NCBI GenBank assembly: GCA_965203325.1
Contig: OZ241875.1
Coordinates: 2,944,001-3,008,000 of the forward strand
Origin: a bacterium
GTDB lineage: Bacteria > UBA8248
Direction of reading: 5' to 3'
Length of the DNA: 64,000 nucleotides
The notes beneath the pieces are model-generated. The model was not told the origin of the DNA. It saw only the letters and a list, made by a program, of their open reading frames with translations, and made no database searches. Below are positions 30,907 to 39,984 of the stretch, one piece after another; the first letter of the stretch is position 1; each line of letters begins with the position of its first letter. A program made the translations under genes and the position numbers.

Positions 30907-32887
30907 CTATGGCCTGAATGACTTTGGCGAGAGAATCTACAACAGTTCTTTTTTCCAAATAGTCCTTGTATGCCTCATAGGCATCATTGAGAAGTTGGTC
31001 ATAGAAAACAATCCTGCCGTTATATAGTTTTAATGATTCGACTGCTTTTTCTTTGCGAACCGTATCTTGCCATTCCTGAGGTTCCTTACCCAAAAGCAAC
31101 ACGATTTCAATCGGTTCATTCGAGAGCTGTTGTCTATCCAGAATCTTGCGCATTCCCGAATAGTATTTTTCTATCTGTTCCCTGATCACATCTAGTATTC
31201 GAATGACTCTTTCCGGTCTCTTGAGCTCAATGATGACGTGCTGTCCTGCCGTCTTTCGATATTTGATGTCGAGTCGTCCATTCTTTTCTTCTTCAGACAA
31301 ACCTGCATCTACGTCGTCAAAAAGAGCCTGTACCCTGGTTTCCATGAATTCACTACTCTCGGTGCGCTCCCAAGAGGGATCCAGTAACCAGAGATGATCG
31401 AACAAATATCTCTGTATGGCTTTTTCAAGGGAGTTTTCGTCGATTTTGTCTTGTAGCGTGCGAATGACTTGTATTCTTTGTTGGACGATTTGACCGTAGA
31501 GCGTAAACTCGAGACTGTCCAGTTCGCCGAATACTTCGAGCGCCGCTTGTAGATTATCGTCGTCGATGTCTTCCAAGTTATCGAGGTTCTCATTGACACG
31601 ATGAAACTCGAAAGCAAGCACGGCGTGTTTGATCAATTGTTTCTGTTCATCGACTTCGTCAATCCTTATCCGGTTGAGCCTGCCGAGCCATTTCCTCGCT
31701 TTTTTGCTTGCCGCCGGTTTGAGTTGCTCTACCCAAGACTTTACTTCCGGTATTTCCAAAGCCTTCTTTTCCCCTTGCTCTGCCCGGAGTTCGGCCCACT
31801 TGTTCTGGATATGTTTTAATTCTGTGCTGATAATTTCACGAAGTTTTCGATATCTTTCATCATCTTCAACAATCCGCTGACGACTGCTCGTGGCGGCATC
31901 ATCATCTTCATCCGTTCCTGGGCCGTCGTATTTGTCTAGCTCGTCTATACGAAGTTCACCGATGAGGTAGTTGGCGTAGACACCTCGCTCCGAGAAATCA
32001 CTCAACAGATCTTCCTGGGCCAGCTTTCCGCGAACGAATATGGCGATTCGGTTCAGGTTGTCTCCGTCTTCGTCTTTCAGGTGGCGAACCTCACTGACCG
32101 TCGCCAGCCATCCGGAGATTGTAATATTTTCATCGTCAATGGAATTCGTGCGGTCTTCATGGTTCTCGACGTTTGAGCACAAACCCTTGATGTCTGTCTG
32201 GTCTCCATAGGTCCACAGGTATTGTATCTTGTCGTAGTAATCCCTATCGGACGGACGCACTTCCTCATCGTTTATGAAAACCTTGAATTCGTACCTCTCG
32301 CCAATGATAGAGAAGCGCCGGGCGACTCTCTTTTTGAGAGCTGCGGTAGTTCTGAGTGTTTGTCGGCGTTGAAGATTGGAGAGGGTGATTCTCGTGCCAG
32401 TTGAAAAATCAATCTCATGGTTTGGCAGAGTATCGAGTTCATACGTACCGTTTCCCCCTTGCTCCCGAATTTGCTTGCGTATTTCCTCCAGTCGCATTCG
32501 GCAAGCGCTTTTTTGATTATCTTTTATTGTTTCAATCTGTACAGTTTTGGCTATCGAGAGCAAAGACAATTTTCCGATTCCTTTGCGACCCATCGGGCTG
32601 CGTTTCTTTTCTTTTGTCAGTCCAGGTTGCCCGTCGCGTCGCCGGTAGCCTACGAAAAGGAATCGCTCATTGATTTCCGCCGGAGTCATACCGGTGCCGT
32701 CATCTTGAATTACGATTTGGCCAGCTTGCCTGCTCCAAGTGATGCGCACTTCGGAAGCGTCCGCGTCCCAGGCGTTCGCCACGCTCTCCGAGAGAACAGC
32801 CGGCACGTTGCTGTATAAATTGATTCCCAAGTGTTCCAGGACGTTCAGACTGATGGTCAATTGGAACGTAGGCGTTTCGGTATTCAC
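30866..32887 (-). CDS. GHKL (MORC/Hsp90-like) ATPase fused to C-terminal PD-(D/E)XK nuclease, putative restriction component
   Basis: ESVANAWDA, DDGTGM, GRKGIGK and GTRITL Bergerat motifs; RLDI...IIELKRP nuclease motif. GTG 32887 overlaps the MTase stop. Confidence 0.82.
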   Translation of the reverse strand: MNTETPTFQLTISLNVLEHLGINLYSNVPAVLSESVANAWDADASEVRITWSRQAGQIVIQDDGTGMTPAEINERFLFVGYRRRDGQPGLTKEKKRSPMGRKGIGKLSLLSIAKTVQIETIKDNQKSACRMRLEEIRKQIREQGGNGTYELDTLPNHEIDFSTGTRITLSNLQRRQTLRTTAALKKRVARRFSIIGERYEFKVFINDEEVRPSDRDYYDKIQYLWTYGDQTDIKGLCSNVENHEDRTNSIDDENITISGWLATVSEVRHLKDEDGDNLNRIAIFVRGKLAQEDLLSDFSERGVYANYLIGELRIDELDKYDGPGTDEDDDAATSSRQRIVEDDERYRKLREIISTELKHIQNKWAELRAEQGEKKALEIPEVKSWVEQLKPAASKKARKWLGRLNRIRIDEVDEQKQLIKHAVLAFEFHRVNENLDNLEDIDDDNLQAALEVFGELDSLEFTLYGQIVQQRIQVIRTLQDKIDENSLEKAIQRYLFDHLWLLDPSWERTESSEFMETRVQALFDDVDAGLSEEEKNGRLDIKYRKTAGQHVIIELKRPERVIRILDVIREQIEKYYSGMRKILDRQQLSNEPIEIVLLLGKEPQEWQDTVRKEKAVESLKLYNGRIVFYDQLLNDAYEAYKDYLEKRTVVDSLAKVIQAIDDYAPSTPEEAAD

Positions 32888-33951
32888 TGGATGTACTCCG
32901 CGAAGTGAGAACGGATCGACCGCGCTATGGCTCTCGCCAGTAGAACAGGCACGGCGTTTCCTATCATCCGGCCTAGTTTCTTGAACTGCACGGGGTCTTC
33001 GGGTTTTACGAAGGTGTAATCGGATGGAAACGACTGGAGAATAGCGCCTTCTCGTAAGGATATCGCCCGGTCCTGTTCCGGGTGCCCGAATCTCCCGTTG
33101 CCGAACCCGAAGAACTGGGTCGTGATGGTCGGGGAAGGGGCGTCCCACTCCATTCGCCCGTAGACGGATGCGTAACCTCGACCAGTAGCCGCCTTGTGAC
33201 AATCCGCGACCAGTTCGTCGTCCCAATCGCGCCAACTGCCCCCCGCCTTGGCGGCCTTAATGCGTTTCAGGTTGAGTGGCGAGAGCCTGCTGCTGCGGTG
33301 GAGCGAGTCCCGAGGGTCGACGCCGCCCGCATCGAGTTTCGGGAGATTTTTGATGGCTTGGGAGACGGTTTCGTGTAGCGATGGATCGTGCGTGGGCGAT
33401 TCCAGTTCTATCTTGCCCAACAAGGATGCCAGAAGCACAAGGCGAAATCGCTGTTGGGGTACGCCGTAATCGGGTGCGAACACGATTCGCCAATAGACAT
33501 GATAACCCGCTCGTTCGAGGGTTTCGACGAAGTTCTCGAACACTTCGCCTCCCCTGAACTGCAGCAAGCGCGGCACGTTCTCCATCGAAACCACCAATGG
33601 TTTCGTTTCGACGATGATCCTGGCGAATTCTCCCAATAATTCCCATTGCGGATCCGCGTTCTTCTGATTGTAGATGGAAAACGGCTGGCACGGCGCACAA
33701 CCCACGAGCACCGAGGGTAGGCCGGGTGTGAAAAGCTCATTAAGCGTCTCGTCGTCGAGCGAGGCGACGTCCTTGCGTATGAAAGGCGCTTCGTTGTTGT
33801 GTTCGAAAGCGTAACGGCAATCTTCGTCCGTATCAATGCCCGCGGCGATCTCGAACCCTTCCAGCAAAAATCCGTGTGAGAGTCCTCCCGCACCGCAGAA
33901 GAGGTCGACGACGCTCCCGGCATACACATGAGTCATGCTTTCTTCGCTCAC
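32884..33951 (-). CDS. dcm: DNA (cytosine-5)-methyltransferase
   Basis: DLFCGAGG, PCQPFS, ENV, YGVPQ, REGAILQSFP, IGNAVP. Confidence 0.93.
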   Translation of the reverse strand: MSEESMTHVYAGSVVDLFCGAGGLSHGFLLEGFEIAAGIDTDEDCRYAFEHNNEAPFIRKDVASLDDETLNELFTPGLPSVLVGCAPCQPFSIYNQKNADPQWELLGEFARIIVETKPLVVSMENVPRLLQFRGGEVFENFVETLERAGYHVYWRIVFAPDYGVPQQRFRLVLLASLLGKIELESPTHDPSLHETVSQAIKNLPKLDAGGVDPRDSLHRSSRLSPLNLKRIKAAKAGGSWRDWDDELVADCHKAATGRGYASVYGRMEWDAPSPTITTQFFGFGNGRFGHPEQDRAISLREGAILQSFPSDYTFVKPEDPVQFKKLGRMIGNAVPVLLARAIARSIRSHFAEYIQ

Positions 33952-34124
33952 TTACCGTCCCTCTTACGAGAACAACTCAATGCACGAGTTCCCACCATGC
34001 ACCACCTCCCTTGAGTGTCTCGTGAGTCACTTTTCCTGATCGAGACTACCACGCATGAATTTGCCTCGCTAGTTAAAGGTTCCTTGATGCGAGCTTTCTC
34101 GACATACCTCTTCCAAACATGCAC

Positions 34125-34155
34125 TTGACGACATATGTATCCCACTGCATATTAT
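34125..34155 (+). promoter_or_regulatory. Putative sigma70 promoter with ATATG-N10-CATAT operator upstream of XRE gene
   Basis: TTGACG, then CATATT/TATTAT 17-19 nt downstream, overlapped by palindrome atatgtatcccactgcatat. Confidence 0.5.
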
Positions 34156-34187
34156 GTGCTCGCCCTGTCTTTTCGTGAGTGACCATC

Positions 34188-34514
34188 ATGCCCGTAAACG
34201 TAGAAGACAAGATCAAAAAGCTAAGCCCCACTCAACGCAAAAAAGTCGAGGCGCGGGCGGCGGCGTTGATCGCAGAAGAGATGACGCTGCGCGATCTGAG
34301 AAAGGCGCGGGAGTTGACGCAGGCGCGGGTGGCGGAGCAGTTGGGGATTACGCAGGACGGCGTATCGCGGCTCGAGAAGCGAAGCGACCTTTTGCTCTCG
34401 ACATTGAGAAAGAGCGTCGAGGCAATGGGCGGACGTCTCTCGCTGGTCGCCGAATTTCCCGACCGCGCCCCGGTTGTGCTCACGGGCATTGCGGGGGATG
34501 AACCGCGCGGCTGA
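34188..34514 (+). CDS. XRE-family HTH protein, HigA-like antitoxin (orphan)
   Basis: LRDLRKARELTQARVAEQLGITQDGVSRLEKRSDLLLSTL...AMGGRLSLVAEFPDR. Confidence 0.85.
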   Translation: MPVNVEDKIKKLSPTQRKKVEARAAALIAEEMTLRDLRKARELTQARVAEQLGITQDGVSRLEKRSDLLLSTLRKSVEAMGGRLSLVAEFPDRAPVVLTGIAGDEPRG

Positions 34515-34520
34515 CCAGTT

Positions 34521-34694
34521 GGGGGCTGTTGAAAAGCCTGCAATGACGACTGATGAGTGAGCAAGATAAACTCCCCCCTTGAGGGGGAGTCAGTGAGCTA
34601 AGGGCGCAAGCCCGCAAGCGAACTGGTGGGGGGAGTTTTTTTCGTGGACAATCCGTTCTCTTCAGAACCGTCCCCCCACCGATTCAGCCTTCGC
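34521..34694. repeat. IS-like left end followed by truncated CCCCCCTTGAG MITE copy
   Basis: gggggctgttgaaaag at 34521, actccccccttgagggggagt at 34570, and a ggtgggggg/ccccccacc stem shared with the 35855 copy. Confidence 0.6.
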
Positions 34695-34792
34695 GCCATA
34701 TGACTGAAAAACGGGCTTCGTTATTAAGTTTTCAGGATTAAGTCTTAATAGCGGGTTTTCTTATTCAACTTTGGCGAATAAGCCTTGCTTCC

Positions 34793-35683
34793 CTAATACC
34801 GCTCCGGCACGAAGGTCTGCTCGCTCATGGGGGGCCGCACGTAGGCCTTGGAATCGCGGCGCGGGGGGAGTTCGATGGGCGAGGGCGTCAAGTCCTCATA
34901 GGGGATGAGGGAGAGCAGGTGGCTGATGCAGTTGAGCCGCGCGCGGCGCTTGGAATCCGCGTCCACCACGTACCAGGGGGCCTGCTTGATGTCGGTGTGG
35001 GCGAACATCTCGTCCTTCGCCTTGGAGTACTCGACCCAGCGGGTGCGGGATTCGAGATCCATCGGCGAGAGCTTCCAGCGCCTCGTCCTGTCCTCGATGC
35101 GCGCATGAAAGCGGCGTTCCTGTTCGGCGTCACTCACCGAGAACCAGTACTTGATGAGGATGATCCCCGAGCGCACGAGCATCCGCTCGAACGTGGGGCA
35201 GGAGTGCAGGAACTCGCGGTATTCCTGGTCCGTGCAGAAGCCCATCACCCGCTCGACGCCCGCGCGGTTGTACCAGGAGCGATCGAAGAGCGCCATCTCG
35301 CCCGCGGCGGGCAGGTGCGGCACGTAGCGCTGGAAGTACCACTGCGTCTGCTCGCGCTCGGTGGGGGCGGCCAGCGCCACGACGCGGCAGACCCTCGGGT
35401 TGAGCCTCAAGGTGATGCGCTTGATGACCCCGCCCTTGCCGGCGGCGTCGCGCCCCTCGAAGATGACGACGACCTTGAGGCCCTGATCCTTTATCCACTC
35501 CTGGAGCTTTACGAGTTCTTCCTGGAGCCGCACGAGTTCCGCCTCGTACACCCTTTTGGTGAGCCGCGCCCGCGGGGTTTTCCGGGCGTCTCCCGCCCGG
35601 GTGAAGGCGGGGGCGGCATCGCCCCCGCGCCCGACGCCGTCGCCATCGGGTGCGGTCGTATCGGATGCGCCTTCCGGGTCCAT
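34793..35683 (-). CDS. ppk2: Polyphosphate kinase 2
   Basis: FEGRDAAGKGG, WYFQRY, FDRSWYNRAGVE, WKLSPMD. Confidence 0.95.
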   Translation of the reverse strand: MDPEGASDTTAPDGDGVGRGGDAAPAFTRAGDARKTPRARLTKRVYEAELVRLQEELVKLQEWIKDQGLKVVVIFEGRDAAGKGGVIKRITLRLNPRVCRVVALAAPTEREQTQWYFQRYVPHLPAAGEMALFDRSWYNRAGVERVMGFCTDQEYREFLHSCPTFERMLVRSGIILIKYWFSVSDAEQERRFHARIEDRTRRWKLSPMDLESRTRWVEYSKAKDEMFAHTDIKQAPWYVVDADSKRRARLNCISHLLSLIPYEDLTPSPIELPPRRDSKAYVRPPMSEQTFVPERY

Positions 35684-35854
35684 GATGCGCCTCCTCGTTT
35701 GTGTCGGTTGTCCCGATTATGAACGCAGGAGGGGGGCCGCGCAAGGGAAAAAGGGGGAGCTTGCGGGGAGGTTTCCAGGGTTGGCCGGATCTGGCGCCGT
35801 TGAAAAAACCCCGATGAATGAGGGTTCGACACTACCGACGAGAATATCAAATCA

Positions 35855-36024
35855 ACTCCCCCCTTGAGGGTCTGGCTTCCCGAGAGGAAAGCCAGACGAA
35901 GAAGCCGAGCGGTTTGTGCGAAGGCTGATGCGGTGGGGGGAGGTTTGCTCTGTGGCATATCCCCCCACCGATTCGGTTTCGGGTTTACACCCTCACCTCA
36001 TCGACTCCCCCTCAAGGGGGGAGT
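35855..36024. repeat. Palindromic MITE-like element with 16-bp terminal inverted repeats
   Basis: actccccccttgaggg / ccctcaaggggggagt ends; internal stems tctggctt...aagccaga and cggtgggggga...tccccccaccg. Confidence 0.75.
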
Positions 36025-36139
36025 GAATGGCATTACCGCTTGGCTCGCCATTCGCCGGAATGACGGCTTCTCGCCTATTGAGAGAAGAGAAATAGTTCCG
36101 ATTAAAGGGGGAGGGAGCGCCAGGGAATAGCGGCCCCCC

Positions 36140-36826
36140 TCAACCGCTCCCGAGCCGCTCCGCCGCCTCTTTGACGGCCGCTTCCCGCTCACTCTGCCGC
36201 GCGGCGGCGGCTTCTTGCACGGCGGCCACCATCGCCGGGTCGGCCCGTTCGGGGCTGCCCGCATCGAAGGGCGGCTTGGGGTCGTACTCCATGCCGAGTT
36301 GTATCTTGCGCGCGGCCTCGGCGCCCAGCACCTCTCCCGCCACCGTCAGGGCGAAATCGATGCCGGCCGTCACCCCGCCGCCGGTGATCACGTTGCCGTC
36401 CACCACCACGCGCTCTGCCACCGGTTCGCAGCCGAAGGCGGCGAGCATCGCGTGCGACATCCAGTGCGAAGTCGCGCGCTTGCCTTGCAGAAGGCCCGCC
36501 GCGCCGAGCACCAAGGATCCCGTGCACACGGAGGTCACGTAGCGCGCCCCCGCCGCCTGGCTGCGCACGAAGTCGAGCGTCTCCGCATCGTTCAAGAGCG
36601 CGTTCATGCCTGCGCCGCCGGGCACGCAGATGAGGTCGAGCTGCGGGCAGTCGGCGAACGTGGTGCTGGGCAGAAGCGCCATGCCGCCGCCCGCTTTGAC
36701 CGGGTCCAGCGTCTTCCAGACGAGATGGACGTCCGAATCGGGGAACTTGGTGAAGACCTCGTAGGGGCCGGTCATGTCGAGTTGGGTGAGGTTCGGGAAT
36801 AGGAGAAGGCCGATCTGGAATCGCAT
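36140..36826 (-). CDS. DJ-1/PfpI family protein, isonitrile hydratase-like
   Basis: TQLDMTGPYEV, CVPGG, SVCTGSLVLGAAG, GGVTAGIDF, EYDPKPPF. Confidence 0.88.
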   Translation of the reverse strand: MRFQIGLLLFPNLTQLDMTGPYEVFTKFPDSDVHLVWKTLDPVKAGGGMALLPSTTFADCPQLDLICVPGGAGMNALLNDAETLDFVRSQAAGARYVTSVCTGSLVLGAAGLLQGKRATSHWMSHAMLAAFGCEPVAERVVVDGNVITGGGVTAGIDFALTVAGEVLGAEAARKIQLGMEYDPKPPFDAGSPERADPAMVAAVQEAAAARQSEREAAVKEAAERLGSG

Positions 36827-36907
36827 GGCGTCTCGATGCCTCCGCTGTTGGGGTAGGCGAGCAGGTTATGGGGCGGCCTGATTGGTGTCAAGGCGGGTAT
36901 TTGGCCT

Positions 36908-36965
36908 GTAGGGACAGGCCCCTGTGCCTGTCCGACAAAGGGCGACCACGGGGGGTCGCCCCTAC
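36908..36965. repeat. GTAG/CTAC REP-like doublet
   Basis: gtagggacaggcccctgtgcctgtcc ... gggcgaccacggggggtcgcccctac. Confidence 0.7.
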
Positions 36966-37040
36966 GTCCTGCTCCTCTGCGTCACCCATGCTATACTTCT
37001 CCCGAATCGACATCCCCCCTCCCGTTCATGAAGGCCGCCA

Positions 37041-38264
37041 TTGGAATATCTCTCCTTCGCGTGGAAAAACCGCCGGTTTCTGGCCTTCGGCCTCCTGCTC
37101 ACGTTTTTCTCGTGCTTCGGGCAGTCCTATTTCATCGCCGTGTTCAACACCGACATCCGGGCCGCCTTCGCACTCTCCCACGGGGAGTTCGGCCTCGCCT
37201 ACGCCGTCGCCACCGTCTCGAGCGCGATGTGCCTGATATGGATCGGCAAGATGATCGACAGGACGAGGCTGAAACTTTTCGCCCTCTGCGTCTGCTGCGG
37301 GCTCATCGCCTCCTGCGTCCTGATGGCGGCGGCGCCCGTATTCCCGGCGCTGCTCTTCGCCCTGTTCGCGCTCAGGCTCACGGGCCAGGGATTGATGGTC
37401 CACACCTCGGTGACGAGCATCGGGCGGCATTTCACCGCCGAGCGCGGGCGCGCCGTCAGCATCATCTCGATGGGCGGACCCTCGGGCCAGGCGGTGATGG
37501 CGCTCATAGCGGTGGGCTTGAGCGCGTGGCTCTACTGGCGGCAGATCTGGCTGGTGATGGCGGCGGTCTGCGCCATCGTGCTGATTCCCGCCGTCGCCTG
37601 GCTGCTCAGGGGGCATGAAGACGAGCATCTGGCTCGTAAGACGCGGACGGAGGAAGCAGCTTCTGTATCCGGACCCCAGGGGGTGTGGGGAAGGAGGGAA
37701 GTGCTCAAGGACCTGCGCTTTTATCTCATCATGCCCGTTTCACTCGCCCCCTCGTTCATCGCCACGGGCTTTTTCTTCCACATGGGGCATCTGGTGGAGG
37801 CCAAGGGGTGGACCCTCGCGTTCTTCACGGGCGCGTACACGCTCTACACGCTTTTCTCCGTTTCGCTGACGCTGCTCACCGGCCCCGTCGTCGACCGCGT
37901 CGGCGCGGTCCGGATTCTCCCCTGGCATCTCGCGCCCTTGTGCCTGGGCCTCGTGGCGCTTGCGGTTTCCGACCACTGGTTCGCGGCCATCCTCTACATG
38001 GGCCTGACGGGGATAACGGTCGGCGTGCGCATCACCATCGGCGGGGCCATCTGGGCGGAGATCTACGGGGTGGAGAACCTCGGCGCCATCCGCTCCCTCG
38101 CCACCTCGTTCATGGTGGTATCGACGGCGCTCTCGCCCGTCGTCTTCGGCTGGATGATCGACTTCGATGTGAGCGTGGAGAGCCTCGCCCTCATGTGCCT
38201 GGCCTACGGCGTCGGGTCTTCCGTCCTGAGCGGCGCGTCGCTCGGGATGCGGCGTAATGAGTAG
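37041..38264 (+). CDS. MFS transporter
   Basis: About 12 hydrophobic segments; FGQSYFI, GKMIDR, GPVVDRVG, WAEIYG..NLGAIR. Confidence 0.88.
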   Translation: MEYLSFAWKNRRFLAFGLLLTFFSCFGQSYFIAVFNTDIRAAFALSHGEFGLAYAVATVSSAMCLIWIGKMIDRTRLKLFALCVCCGLIASCVLMAAAPVFPALLFALFALRLTGQGLMVHTSVTSIGRHFTAERGRAVSIISMGGPSGQAVMALIAVGLSAWLYWRQIWLVMAAVCAIVLIPAVAWLLRGHEDEHLARKTRTEEAASVSGPQGVWGRREVLKDLRFYLIMPVSLAPSFIATGFFFHMGHLVEAKGWTLAFFTGAYTLYTLFSVSLTLLTGPVVDRVGAVRILPWHLAPLCLGLVALAVSDHWFAAILYMGLTGITVGVRITIGGAIWAEIYGVENLGAIRSLATSFMVVSTALSPVVFGWMIDFDVSVESLALMCLAYGVGSSVLSGASLGMRRNE

Positions 38265-38280
38265 AGATGGTGATGGTTTC

Positions 38281-38340
38281 GTAGGGGAGAACCTGTGTGT
38301 TCTCCCGTTTTTTTGGGCGGACACATGGGTCCGCCCCTAC
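38281..38340. repeat. GTAG/CTAC REP-like doublet
   Basis: gtaggggagaacctgtgtgttctccc ... gggcggacacatgggtccgcccctac. Confidence 0.7.
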
Positions 38341-38369
38341 GGGAACATTCCTTTGAGAGATCACAATGC

Positions 38370-38510
38370 CCGTCATTCCGGCGAAAGCCGGAATCCATTT
38401 TTACGCATTTTGTCTTTCGTCAGGGTTCCTGCGCATCGGGCGGGGAAGGAAACGCCGCCGCTCATTCATCCGCATCCGCAAATGGATTCCGGCTTTCGCC
38501 GGAATGACGG
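38370..38510. repeat. RPE-like palindromic element with 31-bp perfect inverted repeat
   Basis: ccgtcattccggcgaaagccggaatccattt and its reverse complement at 38480-38510; half copy ttcgccggaatgacgg at 36051-36066. Confidence 0.8.
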
Positions 38511-38530
38511 CAAGACCGAACCGCCTCTTA

Positions 38531-38555
38531 AGGACAGGTCGCGACCTGTCCCTAC
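38531..38555. repeat. REP-like palindrome
   Basis: ggacaggtcgcgacctgtccctac, the same as the copy at 46288-46315. Confidence 0.7.
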
Positions 38556-38570
38556 TAAATGCTTGTACCC

Positions 38571-38900
38571 TCAACGCTCCCGGCGCTTCGGGGGCGCGAA
38601 ACGGCGCCGCCAACTCGCCGTCTGGGAGCGCGTGATGCGGTAGAGCATGAAGCCCCCCGCCGTCACCGACACCAGGATGAGCGCGAAGCCTATCGTCATC
38701 GTCTTTTGGAACGGCGTGGCGCGCCTGGTTTTCTCCGCCGCCGCGCCGGCTGCCTTTTCCCCGGCCGCGGGAGGCTTCTCCGGCGGGGCGACGTCGGGCA
38801 GCCAGACGAAGGGAATCGCCACCATCCCCGCCACGAAGAGGATGGGCAGTATCAGGCGCGTGAAGTAAAGGCGAAACACTGTCCGGCAAACCTCCTTCAT
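38571..38900 (-). CDS. Hypothetical small two-TM membrane protein
   Basis: Two hydrophobic segments joined by a Pro/Ala-rich linker, with a basic tail; no family recognised. Confidence 0.45.
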   Translation of the reverse strand: MKEVCRTVFRLYFTRLILPILFVAGMVAIPFVWLPDVAPPEKPPAAGEKAAGAAAEKTRRATPFQKTMTIGFALILVSVTAGGFMLYRITRSQTASWRRRFAPPKRRER

Positions 38901-39166
38901 CGCCACGAAGCGCGTGGCCGGCGCCGGGAGGGAGAGGTGTCGGTGAAGCAAAGCCTCATGAAACCTCCCGAACCGGAATATAAAGGGCGCGGGCGCGGGA
39001 ATCCACCCCTGCGCTGCTCGGCGCGTTTTTGGTCTTTCGGGCGCGCGCGGTTTTCGTTTCGCCCGAAATGTGGTGATATTGGTTCTCCGTCCGAGATAAG
39101 CGGTTGGGTACGCTTTTGATGGTATTCATACGTCTTTTTTAATACTGGCAAGGGAGGCAGAAGCGA

Positions 39167-39937
39167 ATGAAACGGCCGAGAATCGGAATCACCTGCGACG
39201 TGGGCAAGCGGAATTTTCCCGAAGAACCCAAGGTGCGTCCCCGGCACGTGCTCATGGACGCCTATGTGGAGTCCGTCATCAAGGCGGGCGGCGCGCCGCT
39301 GCTGCTCCCCGCGGTGGAAGACGAGCAGGCGAGCGTCTCGTTGCTCCTGGGCATCGACGGGCTCATCATCTCGGGCGGCGGGCACGACATCGACCCCATG
39401 CTCTACGGCGAGGAGCGTCTGCCCGAGTGCAGCCCCACGAACCCCAAGCGCGAGACGGCGGAGATGGCGGCCTGCCGGGGCGCCATGTCGCGCGACATGC
39501 CCGTGCTCGGCATCTGCGGCGGGATGCAGGTCATCAACATCGCGGCGGGCGGCACGCTCTACCAGGACATCCCCTCCCAGGTGCCGGGCGCGCTCACGCA
39601 CCGCCCCGAGAACACGGACGAGAACACCTACACGTTCCACGAGATAGAGATCGGCGATTCCATCCTGGGTGAAGTGCTGGGTGCTTCGTCGGTGGTGAAC
39701 AGCCATCACCACCAGAGCGCGCGCGAGGTCGGGCCGGGCGTGCGCGTTTCGGCCGAGACCGAAGACGGCGTCATCGAGGCCATCGAGTCTCCCTCGCACC
39801 AGTTCGTCGTGGGCGTGCAGTGGCACCCCGAATCCATGTCGGCCTACGGCTACGCGGATTCGGACGGGGCGGCGCAGCTATTCTCGCGCTTCGTGGACGA
39901 GGCCCGCGCCTACGCGGAAGACTCGGTCGCGAAGTAA
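39167..39937 (+). CDS. Gamma-glutamyl-gamma-aminobutyrate hydrolase family (peptidase C26, PuuD-like)
   Basis: GGHDIDP, LGICGGMQ, GGTLYQD, NSHHHQ, GVQWHPE. Confidence 0.9.
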   Translation: MKRPRIGITCDVGKRNFPEEPKVRPRHVLMDAYVESVIKAGGAPLLLPAVEDEQASVSLLLGIDGLIISGGGHDIDPMLYGEERLPECSPTNPKRETAEMAACRGAMSRDMPVLGICGGMQVINIAAGGTLYQDIPSQVPGALTHRPENTDENTYTFHEIEIGDSILGEVLGASSVVNSHHHQSAREVGPGVRVSAETEDGVIEAIESPSHQFVVGVQWHPESMSAYGYADSDGAAQLFSRFVDEARAYAEDSVAK

Positions 39938-39984
39938 GCGGCGTTTCTTCTGTTGAATCACGCGAACCCTAAGGACACTCCCTG

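Noticed and set aside
32888..33235. N-terminal extension of the 789-aa ATPase ORF
   Set aside because: It overlaps the methylase in another frame; the GTGA-coupled start at 32887 fits the domain boundary.
29862..34538. Composite transposon carrying arfB and the RM island between IS-like ends
   Set aside because: The ends at 29862-29879 and 34521 face away from the island, and arfB is a housekeeping gene with host-like composition.
34720..34753. AT-rich imperfect palindrome as a dif/att site
   Set aside because: It does not match the XerC/D consensus convincingly and could be a terminator or repeat remnant downstream of ppk2.
38204..38643. Small ORFs containing MDSGFRRND / VIPAKAGIH
   Set aside because: These are translations of the palindromic repeat, not genes.
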